The notes below the pieces were generated by a model. It saw only the letters and a list, made by a program, of their open reading frames with translations, was not told the DNA's origin and ran no database searches. From an uncultured Nitrospiraceae bacterium (GTDB lineage Bacteria > Nitrospirota > Thermodesulfovibrionia > Thermodesulfovibrionales > Dissulfurispiraceae), in the NCBI GenBank assembly GCA_947085205.1, contig CAMTVO010000015.1:1-48767 (forward strand): a stretch of DNA of 48,767 bases, read 5' to 3'. Position 1 is the stretch's first letter, and every line of letters begins with the position of its first letter. Shown here one piece after another: positions 40,038-48,767 of the stretch. The position numbers and the translations under genes were made by a program.

Positions 40038-40042
40038 GGAAA

Positions 40043-40079
40043 AATATAACACGGCAAAACTCACGGATGGCTCACGGAT
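40043..40079 (-). promoter_or_regulatory. Direct-repeat operator ATCCGTGAG x2 (11-bp period) with extended -10 TGtTATATT
   Basis: CTCACGGAT at 40060-40068 and 40071-40079; -10 at 40048-40043; ATG 5 nt further on. Confidence 0.6.
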
Positions 40080-40111
40080 TTAAAGATATGCGAGAAGCAA
40101 AAAGTGGAAAG

Positions 40112-43100
40112 TTACTTGCGGGTTTCTTCCATCAACTGCCGATAAAGTTTTTGCGTAGCTGAGGAGGGCGGCACGCCCATGACGGCTGAAAGCACTTTTT
40201 CGCATCTTCTGTAAAGGGATAGGGCTTCGGAAATTCGTCCGGTTTTATGCAGGCACTCCATGGTGCGGCTGTAAAAATCTTCCACAAGAGGGTCAACTTC
40301 CATGCCTTTTCCGTAGCGTTCAATGGCGTCTTCCACCCTGCCTGCTCTTTCACAAGCCTTTCCATATCTGAGGAGGTGGCTTACAAACCTGTTTCTCAGA
40401 GATTCACGGAGAGGGACGGTCCATGCTTCGTCAGTCTCATCCGAAAGGAAATGCCCTTTATATAAAACAGACAATTTTTCCGTCAGCGAAGAGGCTCTAT
40501 CGCCATAGCCTTGCTTAATAAGGCGTTCAAAAAGGCTCTCAAAACACCATACATCAACAAAACAATTCCGCCTGTCAAGGCTCAGTCTGCCATCCTTTAA
40601 TTGGAGGAGTTCCGCTCCGATAAGCTTGCGTAAGCGGTAAAGCGCGGTCTCAAAGGCGTGATGTCCTGCATCTCCGTCGGCCTCAGGCCATAAAGCGTCA
40701 ATTATCGCGTCCTGATTAACCTCTCTGCCTCCGAGCGCTATAATCGCCTTCAATAATGCAAGCGTCTTCTGCTGCGTCTTGCCTGTAAATTCGTGGCGTT
40801 GTCCATCCTTAAGAATTTCAAATCTTCCAAGCGTATATATCTTCACCTGCCACGGCCAGTTTTCTATCTCTACAGGCGGTGTTTCCGGTATTAGACCTCT
40901 GTTTCTTATAAGTTTTTGAGCATATTTTGCCTCAATACCATTCTCAATCGCCTTAGCGCAAAGATATGACATCATTTCCGGCAGCCAGAAGTCAAAATTC
41001 ATATAATTTTTCTCTTTGCATATCGTCATGGCTTCCCTCAAGTCTTTAAATGCATGTTCCTCATGCCCTTCCCTGAATGCAAACCATGCGCGGCTCAAAA
41101 GGCACATACAATTCATGCGGATATTTTTAATGCTGCCGCTCAATTCATAGGTTTTTGAGAGAAGCTCATACGCTCTTTTAGCCCTGCCGAGTTCGTGCAG
41201 TATATGAGACAGCAGATAGCAATTAACGCATTGGGCAATCATGGAACCGGAATCTTCGGCAAACTTCAACGCTTGTTCGCCGTGAATAAGCGCATTGGAA
41301 ATATCGTCCTTAAAAAAAGAATACTGACAGGCAAGGTAATGATAGAATGATAAATCGTTACGCCGGTTTGTGCTTAAAACAACCGACATTTTTTCAAGGA
41401 AATCTCCTGCAGCCTTCATATCTCCCATGCTCAAAGAGGCTGAGGCTCCGAATCCCGCAGCAAGGTGGTTAAAAATGTTAATGCCTGATATTTGTGCTTT
41501 TTCCATCAGTTTATGAATCAGTTCAATGCATTTATCATTCATACCGGCATGATAGCAATAAAAAGCCTCTATTAAATCAATAAAAATAACGCTAAAGGGA
41601 CCGACATCGCCGCAGCACATCCCCTCTTTCATTGTTTTAACAAAAAGCCCGGCTTTTCCGATTTCTCCGCTCCATATATTGTGGACAATAGCATATTGAA
41701 ACGTTTTAAGCCGGAGCATTACATCGCTGCTCTGCATGGAAAGCGAACATGCCTTATCAAGCCAGTATGGAAGCTCAGGATTAAACGGCTGTCTTACGGC
41801 AAGGCCTATAAAAAGATTGGTTGTTACATAAGCCTCTATCTCTTCCGAAGGGAATGAGCGGTATTTGACGATGGAGCTTTTTATGGCTTCTAGCCATCGG
41901 TCAAGAATATACAGGTAACTTAAATCATAGATTACGGTATCAACTACGCCTACAAGAGACATAAATACTCCTGCGGAATCTCCCTTTAAATCAAAAAGCC
42001 CGAAGGCCTTTTCAAAATATCCCCTGGCAGCCGGGGGCTCAAAAGAAAGACGGCACACGCCTTTCCAGTATAAAATCCATGGATTTTTTTCAATAATTTC
42101 TTCAGGGATTATATTAAGCCATTCCTCAAGTATCCTGTTTCTTCCCTGCGCGATTATTGTCCTTGCGTTCTTCAGTATCAAGCGCATCAAACCATCCCAG
42201 TCTGACGCCTCTATGAAAAGTCCGGCAGCTTCCTCAACCCGGTCTGATTTCTCCAACAACAATGCAGCCTTATGCCTTATTCCTGCAATATCCTCCGGCG
42301 AAAACAGTTGTTTTGCCTGAGATATGAAAAAATCCCTGAATAAAGGATGATATTGATAGACAGGGGAGACCTGCGACTGCTTCTCTACAAAGAAATGATT
42401 GCGGTTAAGTTTTGCAAGTATCTGTTCAGCCCTTCCATCGCCGGTTATATATTCCGCTATGTGCGCGCTGACCGAAGGAAGCAGCGATGTCTTAAGAAGG
42501 AAGTCCCTTGTCTCTCTGTCCGTTTTATAGAGCATCTCGGATGCGAAATAATTGAAGATTTTGTCTAAGGCAAGGTCTTCCAGTCTTTGAGGCTCAAGGC
42601 CCGCTGCTCTCATCCCTTTGCTTATCAGGAGTAGTCCTGCAGCCCAGCCGTCTGTCTTTGTGTAAAGCCTTAGAAGCATTTCGTTATCGCATACGGTTCT
42701 TTCCTGTGTCTCAAGAAGTTGCCGAGATTCATCAAGGCTAAACCTTATATCGTTCCAGCCGATAATTTGCAAATCGCTTGCCGTATCGGCGCCGCCAAAG
42801 AGAGGCTGAGGTTCGGTGCGGCTTACGACAATTATCGTAATGCCCTTGGGAATTATTGAAGCTGCTATTTTTATCACCTCATGGAATAAGGAATAAACAG
42901 GCACATTCTGATAGTTGTCAAGCGCTATTACAAAGGGGCTTCCGACTATGCCGTATAATTTTTCAAAATAGCGGTGTGTGAAAGTGGTAAGGCCGGCAAG
43001 ATATTCAGGAGTAAGCAGGGGCAAGGTCTTTTTCTTCTTGGGGTATGCATTTTTGACGGCAAGCCCCATGTAGTAAAAAAATGTGGCGGCGTCAGCATCG

Positions 43101-43309
43101 CCTTCATCTACCTGATACCACAGGCACGGAAGCTTTCGTTCCTTAAGATAACTCGCAACGAGAGTAGTCTTGCCCGAACCGGCAGGAGCGGACAGCCAGA
43201 TTATCTCTCTTTTCCTGCCCTTATCAATAATTTTAAAAAGCCTGCTTCGCAGAACAACCTTAGAAAGCCCCGGAGCGCTTATCTTGGATATTGAAGCAGG
43301 CTTGCGCAT
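40112..43309 (-). CDS. MalT-like STAND ATPase/TPR regulator with C-terminal wHTH and BTAD domain
   Basis: APAGSGKTT Walker A, LDNY, TDGWAAGL, YQYHPLFR; KIYTLGRF, LWPEAD, LYRLRK, LYKGHFL, DPLVEDFY. Confidence 0.9.
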   Translation of the reverse strand: MRKPASISKISAPGLSKVVLRSRLFKIIDKGRKREIIWLSAPAGSGKTTLVASYLKERKLPCLWYQVDEGDADAATFFYYMGLAVKNAYPKKKKTLPLLTPEYLAGLTTFTHRYFEKLYGIVGSPFVIALDNYQNVPVYSLFHEVIKIAASIIPKGITIIVVSRTEPQPLFGGADTASDLQIIGWNDIRFSLDESRQLLETQERTVCDNEMLLRLYTKTDGWAAGLLLISKGMRAAGLEPQRLEDLALDKIFNYFASEMLYKTDRETRDFLLKTSLLPSVSAHIAEYITGDGRAEQILAKLNRNHFFVEKQSQVSPVYQYHPLFRDFFISQAKQLFSPEDIAGIRHKAALLLEKSDRVEEAAGLFIEASDWDGLMRLILKNARTIIAQGRNRILEEWLNIIPEEIIEKNPWILYWKGVCRLSFEPPAARGYFEKAFGLFDLKGDSAGVFMSLVGVVDTVIYDLSYLYILDRWLEAIKSSIVKYRSFPSEEIEAYVTTNLFIGLAVRQPFNPELPYWLDKACSLSMQSSDVMLRLKTFQYAIVHNIWSGEIGKAGLFVKTMKEGMCCGDVGPFSVIFIDLIEAFYCYHAGMNDKCIELIHKLMEKAQISGINIFNHLAAGFGASASLSMGDMKAAGDFLEKMSVVLSTNRRNDLSFYHYLACQYSFFKDDISNALIHGEQALKFAEDSGSMIAQCVNCYLLSHILHELGRAKRAYELLSKTYELSGSIKNIRMNCMCLLSRAWFAFREGHEEHAFKDLREAMTICKEKNYMNFDFWLPEMMSYLCAKAIENGIEAKYAQKLIRNRGLIPETPPVEIENWPWQVKIYTLGRFEILKDGQRHEFTGKTQQKTLALLKAIIALGGREVNQDAIIDALWPEADGDAGHHAFETALYRLRKLIGAELLQLKDGRLSLDRRNCFVDVWCFESLFERLIKQGYGDRASSLTEKLSVLYKGHFLSDETDEAWTVPLRESLRNRFVSHLLRYGKACERAGRVEDAIERYGKGMEVDPLVEDFYSRTMECLHKTGRISEALSLYRRCEKVLSAVMGVPPSSATQKLYRQLMEETRK

Positions 43310-43524
43310 TACTTTGTTTCTTTTTTAGCTTTCTTAACTATATCGTACACTGCTTCAAGCGCCTTGTCCAGTTTTGCGATGTCTTTTGTGCCGCCTTCTG
43401 CCATTTCAGGTTTTCCTCCGCCTCTGCCGCCTGCAATCTCGGCAACCTTTTTAAGTATCTCTCCCGCCTTTATCTTCTTTGTAAGGTCTTTTGTGACCAT
43501 GGACAAAAACGCTGCCTCGCCGTT

Positions 43525-43541
43525 TCCCGAGCTGCTCGGGA
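43525..43541. repeat. Short perfect palindrome in frame in alaS
   Basis: TCCCGAGC-T-GCTCGGGA, encoding the PSSSG insertion. Confidence 0.6.
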
Positions 43542-44365
43542 CAGATGCCAGGACAATAACACCTGAGCCGAGTTTATCCTTTAAATTGTCTGCAAGAATC
43601 CTTAAATCCTTTTTTTCAAGGCCGTCAACCCTGCACGAAATAACCTTTGTGCCGCCTATATCCATTGCCTTCTCTATGAGAGCTGCAGAACTTTCAGACG
43701 CTGCCCTGCCCTTGAGCCTCTCTGCCTCTCTTTCCATTTCTTTCATATCGGCAAGAAGTTTTTCTACCCTTTCAAGCGGTTTTTCTGTCTTAAGCATATC
43801 TGAAATTTTTCTCAGTTCCTCGTCTTCTTTCCTGAAATAGTCAAAGGCAGACATTCCCGTCAGAGCCTCTATCCTCCTTATTCCTGATGCAACGCTTCCC
43901 TCTGAGACAATGACAAATGGGCCTATGTCTCCGGTGGCCTTGCAGTGAGTGCCGCCGCAGAGTTCAGAACTGGCTCCCGGCACCTTCACAACCCTGACTG
44001 TTTCGCCGTATTTCTCTCCAAAAAGAGCTGTAGCTCCTGATGTTATCGCATCTTTTATGTCCATGACTGAAATCTCAACATTAATGTTTTCAAGAATCTT
44101 CTGATTGACAGTATCCTCAATGCTCCTTATCTCCTCGCGGCTGATAGGGAAAAAATGCGTAAAATCAAACCTGAGCCTGTCAGGAGCAACAAGCGAACCT
44201 GCCTGCTTAACATGCTCGCCGATTATATTTTGCAATGCTGCCTGAAGGAGATGCGTTGCGGTGTGATTGCTCATTATAGCTTTTCTTCTACGGGTATCAA
44301 CTCTGCATGTCACCCTGTCCCAGACTCTCAATTTTCCCTCTTTGATTTTTATGATATGAGAATGT

Positions 44366-44409
44366 AACCCCCCCATCCCCCCTTTAGTAAAGGGGGGTAT
44401 AGGGAGATT
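44366..44409. repeat. In-frame C/G-tract palindromic element inside alaS
   Basis: AACCCCCCCATCCCCCCTTT AGT AAAGGGGGGTATAGGGAGATT, encoding NLPIPPFTKGGMGGL; same family as the hom element. Confidence 0.88.
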
Positions 44410-45149
44410 TTTGGTATCCGTAACAAAGGCCCTGAATCCCTCTGATGTCATTTCTCCGGTATCTCCGACCTGGCCTCCGGATTCACCGTAAAACGGAGTT
44501 TTATCCAGAAAAACCTCTATTTCTTCACCCTTAGACGCCTCCTTGACAACCTTCCCTTCCTTTAATATAGCCTTAACAACTGATTCGGTCTGCATCGTGT
44601 CATAACCGGCGAACTCGGTTTTGCCTGTCTCGGAAAGCAGTTCTCTGTATATGGATGAAACAGCCTCTTCTTCGCCTACCCATGAAGCCCTGGCCCTTTC
44701 CCTCTGCAGCTCCATTTCTCTGTGGAACCCGCCTTCATCCAGGATAAGATTGTTGTCAGATGCGATGTCTCTTGCAAGGTCTATAGGAAACCCATAGGTA
44801 TCGTACAGCTTGAATATTTCATCTCCAGGAACTGACTTCAATCCTGCTTTCTTTGCCGCTGCAATTACTTCGTCTATAATCTTCATGCCCTGCTCAAGCG
44901 TCCTGGAAAAACGTTCCTCTTCAAATTTGAGAACCTTTGCCGACCTGTCTTTTTCATCAAGAAGTTCAGGATAAGTATCACCCATGGAATCAGCCACAGG
45001 CTCAACAAGCTTATAAAGCACGGGTTCGCTGATGCCAAGAAGTTTTGCGTGCCTTGACGCCCTTCTAATAATTCTTCTGAGGACATAACCCCTTCCTTCG
45101 TTTGAGGGCGCAAGCCCCTCAGAGAGCAGAAAAGAAATCGCCCTGATAA

Positions 45150-45322
45150 GGGGAGTTAAAGGGGACGGTTCTCTTTATTCCTTTTTCTCCATCTCATCAG
45201 CATCTCATCAGTACATGATAGACATGCTCTTGTGGAGCCACCCTTGCGGTCCTTGGCATTATGTCAAAATATCGTCTCAGATCGACTTTGTCAAATAAAG
45301 AGAACCGTCCCCTTTATTCCCC
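45150..45322 (-). mobile_element. Internally deleted RAYT (REP-associated tyrosine transposase) element with terminal inverted repeats
   Basis: 23-bp perfect IR TAAAGGGGACGGTTCTCTTTATT; inside, ORF 45197..45259 MPRTARVAPQEHVYHVLMRC* matches a Y1/RAYT N-terminus. Confidence 0.75.
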
Positions 45323-45377
45323 AAAACAGTCACCGCTGGCATGCATTCGCATTCGCAACAGTGAATGGCTGAGCAAT

Positions 45378-46031
45378 TTATTCTGTAGGTACAGAAAATT
45401 TAAATATTAGCAACCTTTTATTTTCAAAACTATAACCTTGGTCTTCAGCCCACTTAATAATATACTGTTTTAATTCATCGATATGTTTTATTAATTTACT
45501 GATTTCAACAGTAGTATCGTTTACGCTTAATATTAGCTTCTGAGCAAATTCTTTTTTCCATGTATCGTATGAACATGAGTGTACACTAATGTCTGGAGCC
45601 GAACCTGTGAGCAAAGTAAAAGACGTATCTTTTCTTTTCTCTGAAACCCATGATATGACGCCCCATAGTGGCGCTGATTTTTCTGGTAAGGTGTGTATAT
45701 CTGTTCGTAGATGTTGGACATAATGTCTCAGGTCCTCTACACTCTGAGTTGATCTCAGAAATATTTGAATTTCAGGGGTGTTCTTCTTTAAGCCCGGCAG
45801 TTGTTGAATAAGCTCTCTAATTCTATGGCCTGTATCAATGATTCCCCATAGATTTAGCGTAAGGCGCACTGCATCAGTTTCATACTCACCTGTGATTGAT
45901 TCAGTTTCTTCTAAAACCGGAAGCAACTTATCTATTTCATCCTTCTGAAACTGCGCCATTTGGAAAGAGTAACGTAATGCATCAAGAAATAACACCATAT
46001 GTCTAGTTAGCGGCTGTGGAGTTTCAGTCAT
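45378..46031 (-). CDS. Integron cassette-like ORF with HEPN-type RxxxxH motif
   Basis: AT-rich; DLRHYVQH; starts 14 nt after the GTTAGGC core site. Confidence 0.65.
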   Translation of the reverse strand: MTETPQPLTRHMVLFLDALRYSFQMAQFQKDEIDKLLPVLEETESITGEYETDAVRLTLNLWGIIDTGHRIRELIQQLPGLKKNTPEIQIFLRSTQSVEDLRHYVQHLRTDIHTLPEKSAPLWGVISWVSEKRKDTSFTLLTGSAPDISVHSCSYDTWKKEFAQKLILSVNDTTVEISKLIKHIDELKQYIIKWAEDQGYSFENKRLLIFKFSVPTE

Positions 46032-46045
46032 ATTAAATTCCTTCT

Positions 46046-46052
46046 GCCTAAC
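46046..46052 (-). other. Integron recombination core site (attI/cassette junction) GTTAGGC
   Basis: GTTRRRY match between a divergent intI remnant and the cassette ORF. Confidence 0.6.
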
Positions 46053-46212
46053 ATATAATCTACCTCGCAGGCAGATTCAAGCTATTTGCGTTATGGTAGC
46101 ATAATGCATTAAACACCGCAATACAAAAAATGTATATTAATATCAATGACACATGCAAATGCTAAACTTTACAATTTATGATATTATAAGTCAAAAGTAT
46201 GGGAGGTTTCTT

Positions 46213-46474
46213 ATGGGTTTTCGTGCACAGGAGCAAAATTCCGGGCATATTTTGCCTGAGTTTCAGCAATACCTCTGTCCATACGCTCAGACATAGTTTT
46301 GCCACGCATCTGCTTCAGGCAGGCATAAACATCAGAGAGGTTCAGAGCCTTCTCGGACATAAGCATGTTGAGACGACTATGGTGTATACTCATGTTTTGC
46401 GCGATATGTCCAATGCCCCGCAGGGCCCGCTTGATGTTCTCTATAGAAGCCACAACGAGAGAAAAGATGTTTGA
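46213..46474 (+). pseudogene. intI: Integron integrase with a large internal deletion
   Basis: RBS, then [21 protein letters not shown], joined out of frame to [42 protein letters not shown]. Confidence 0.75.
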
Positions 46475-46513
46475 CGACACAATAGCCTCTGAAAGATGTG
46501 CTTGAGCTTGCAG

Positions 46514-48238
46514 TTAAAAATGGAGGGAGCCATGAGAGTTCACAAAAAGGGCATTCTTAAACGGAATGCTTGACCTCAGCGAGGCAGAAAGGCTCGCTGC
46601 CAATAATTTACCTTCCATAAGCCCGTCCTGTTTGCAATAAATGCTGATCTTGGCCGTATCATCGCATGGTTCAACAAATATCTTGTCTACAATCTTTGAC
46701 AATAGTGTCTTGCCAAGCACAGGATGAAGCCTGAGTAATGCGTGAATATCTGCCAAATAGCCGCAGATTAGGCCCTCGGATGCAGAAGGCACTTCAGGCA
46801 TCTCTTCTTTTTCCTGAACAAGGAGACCTTCGATTTCATTTTTCTTTTTCTCAGCATTTAGAAGCTGAATTTTTACGGTATCTGTAATAATGCCGGCCTT
46901 TATCGCGTTAATGAAGTTGGCTATCTCTTTATTAAGTTTCTTTAACTGCTCATTAAGTGCAGTTCCTTTCCACTTTGGCCGGTCCTGTTCAAACTTTGCC
47001 TTGAGAATTGAGTTTACCTTCTTGGCGAGATATGAAATATTTTCATCGCTGTTGAAACTAATGTTCAGAGAGTGAACAATAGTTTTTTCAATCTCCTCTT
47101 TCTTTATTTTAATATCGCTACTGCATACTGCACTTCCTTTATTCCAGTTATTCGAGCATCCATACTTGGCCCACTTGCCTCCTGATACAATCACAATATT
47201 GCCGCCGCATTGTCCGCAGGTCATAAGACCGGTAAGGAGATTCACCGAGTAGGCCGGTATGGTCTTCATGTATCTGCCGTGCCCCATGTCGTTCAACTGC
47301 CGCTGTCTGTTTTTTACTTTATTCCATAGTTCATCCGATATTATCCTAAGCTCCGGCTTCAATGCAATAATCCACTTATCTTTTTCTTTTACCCGCACAG
47401 ACACCCTGCCGGTCTCAGGATTGCGCATCGATGTCGAACGGTTCCAATAATACTTACCGATATAAATCTCGTTATTAAGTATGCCCCGTACGGCTTTCTT
47501 GTTGCCGAGCAGTGTGGAAAAGCCCCAATATTCACCTCTCGGCGGCTTTGGGCTTCCGGTCTCCTTTAACTCCTTGTTCAGGATATTTACGATCTTTCTG
47601 GCGCTGTACCCTTCCTCCCCGAAGAGCCTGAATATACGGATTACTATATTTGCTTCATCCGGACTGATTTTCAGAATGTATCCGTCAGCTTCGGGGTTGC
47701 CGTAAATATCTACTTTGCCGTTATATACAGGAACTGAATAATAACCATATCTTCTGCCTCCACCGCTATAGCCTTTTAACACTTTACCCTCTACTCCCCT
47801 GAAGGTCTCACTCCTCAGATTCCTGATATGAAGAGAGTCTATAAGGCCGTTTATGGTGATCATCTCCTCCGCCGCGGCATGGGTTGTATCGATTCCCTGT
47901 GACACATAGTAGACGTGGACTCCGTAGAAAGTGAGCATGGAGAAAATGTCAAGCGCTTCCTTGGTATTCCGTGCGATCCTTGACGTGTCGTCAACGATAA
48001 TTCTCCGGAAGGGACAGTTGTTGCTCATCGCAACCCTCATCATTTGTTTAAGACCCTCGCGCGTACTCATCCGTGTGCCTGATTGCGCCTTGTCGTAATA
48101 AATATGATCTTCGAGAATTTCCCATCCCTTGGATACAGCGGTCTCCCTGCATTTTCTTATCTGGTCGTCTATAGACGCCTCACGTTGATTATTGGTGCTA
48201 TAGCGTGCATAAATTGCACACTTTATATTTTCAGACAT
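46514..48238 (-). CDS. Large serine recombinase (resolvase-recombinase-zinc ribbon)
   Basis: IYARYST catalytic Ser, DDTSRIARN, YGY, ILNNEIYIG, CGQCG..YGC..C zinc ribbon, coiled coil. Confidence 0.92.
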   Translation of the reverse strand: MSENIKCAIYARYSTNNQREASIDDQIRKCRETAVSKGWEILEDHIYYDKAQSGTRMSTREGLKQMMRVAMSNNCPFRRIIVDDTSRIARNTKEALDIFSMLTFYGVHVYYVSQGIDTTHAAAEEMITINGLIDSLHIRNLRSETFRGVEGKVLKGYSGGGRRYGYYSVPVYNGKVDIYGNPEADGYILKISPDEANIVIRIFRLFGEEGYSARKIVNILNKELKETGSPKPPRGEYWGFSTLLGNKKAVRGILNNEIYIGKYYWNRSTSMRNPETGRVSVRVKEKDKWIIALKPELRIISDELWNKVKNRQRQLNDMGHGRYMKTIPAYSVNLLTGLMTCGQCGGNIVIVSGGKWAKYGCSNNWNKGSAVCSSDIKIKKEEIEKTIVHSLNISFNSDENISYLAKKVNSILKAKFEQDRPKWKGTALNEQLKKLNKEIANFINAIKAGIITDTVKIQLLNAEKKKNEIEGLLVQEKEEMPEVPSASEGLICGYLADIHALLRLHPVLGKTLLSKIVDKIFVEPCDDTAKISIYCKQDGLMEGKLLAASLSASLRSSIPFKNALFVNSHGSLHF

Positions 48239-48353
48239 TTGAGTCCCCCTTAGATTTATTGGCTATGTTTTTTGTAATATCGCAGGCTATTATCTCTGCC
48301 ATAATATCCAGCAGCTCAATATATTCATCCGGTACTACCGTTGTCTTCTTCAT
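48231..48353 (-). CDS. 40-aa protein translationally coupled between the HD fragment and the recombinase
   Basis: [44 protein letters not shown] overlap upstream, overlaps the recombinase start. Confidence 0.5.
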   Translation of the reverse strand: MKKTTVVPDEYIELLDIMAEIIACDITKNIANKSKGDSNV

Positions 48354-48631
48354 GCGGCCTTTTCTTTCATCTCTTTAAGAATCTCTTTGGCAAACTTCTT
48401 CTGATAAATCTCCGTATTCAGTATTTTGTCGAAATGGCTCCACTGTTTATCAGGATCAGAATTTCCCAAATGGCAATATAGATGATTTATCTTGGCGTCC
48501 GTGTTTTCAATGAGATGAAGCGCCAATGCCTCCGGTGTTGCCGGTCTTACAGGGCTTCCATATTCCAGTTCTCCGTGATGGGAAAGGATCATATGCTTCA
48601 GCAGCATGGACAGGTCTTGAGGAAAGTCCTT
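48350..48631 (-). pseudogene. C-terminal fragment of a YhaM-like HD-domain protein
   Basis: [43 protein letters not shown]; in-frame TAA immediately upstream. Confidence 0.7.
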
Positions 48632-48767
48632 TTACTTCCCATCTTCTGAATGGCGTCCAAGAACTTTTTTCTCCTTTCTTCATCAAGTGTTTTGTAAAGA
48701 CCCTCAAAATACTTGAAATCCTCTTTTTTGATATACATATGCCCACCTCATTTTATGGCTTTCTGAA

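Larger units (their letters stand above)
31218..43338. mobile_element. Approx. 12-kb genomic island inserted at the alaS 3' end, no integrase inside
   Basis: Bounded by 39-bp direct repeats of the alaS end; contents are accessory. Confidence 0.75.
43309..45147 (-). pseudogene. alaS: Alanyl-tRNA synthetase, 5'-truncated (catalytic domain missing; editing and C-Ala domains intact)
   Basis: Homology starts at IRAISFLLSEGLAPSNEGRGYVLRRIIRR (45147), with an in-frame stop upstream at 45175-45177; FKLYDTYGFP, TPFYGESGGQVGD, NHTATH, ELCGGTH, GIRRIEA. Confidence 0.88.

Noticed and set aside
45323..45377. attC site after the cassette ORF
   Set aside because: There is no canonical RYYYAAC...GTTRRRY pair; at best it is degenerate and cut by the RAYT end.
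46514..48238. Serine recombinase as a programmed excisase restoring alaS
   Set aside because: It lies about 1.4 kb from the alaS break, with integron and RAYT remnants in between, and the break coincides with the RAYT repeat. Not supported from this window alone.

Overview
48.8-kb bacterial chromosomal window, about 40% GC by eye. The gene complement suggests an anaerobe, probably Nitrospirota/Thermodesulfovibrionia-like (inference). Almost all genes are on the minus strand. (1) 1-8.9 kb is a sulfur-oxyanion module: DASS transporter, PhnD-like and PstS-like binding proteins, Crp/Fnr regulator, aprA-aprB, a single QmoA/QmoB-like HdrA-MvhD protein and hdrC. Both operons carry a TGTCG-N6-CGACA-type box at the class II (-41.5) position. 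(2) 8.9-25.5 kb is housekeeping: trpC, rpsF-ssb-rpsR, ntrBC-like, lipA, alaC, cspA, mazG. It also holds a hom/thrC/apgM operon interleaved with a complete sulfur-carrier-protein kit (TusA, MoeB, JAMM protease, second ThrC-like enzyme, MoaD/CysO, NIL). (3) 25.5-31 kb is a decaying region: IS4 and GIY-YIG remnants, two nonsense pseudogenes and an IS481. (4) 31.2-43.3 kb is an integrase-less island bounded by a duplicated alaS 3' end. It encodes a MalT/BTAD regulator, a direct-repeat operator and a set of secreted proteins. (5) 43.3-48.8 kb holds a 5'-truncated alaS broken at a RAYT remnant, a degraded integron with a HEPN-motif cassette, and a large serine recombinase. Several small palindromic or heptamer repeats are inserted in frame in hom and alaS. 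I saw no tRNA, rRNA or CRISPR array.
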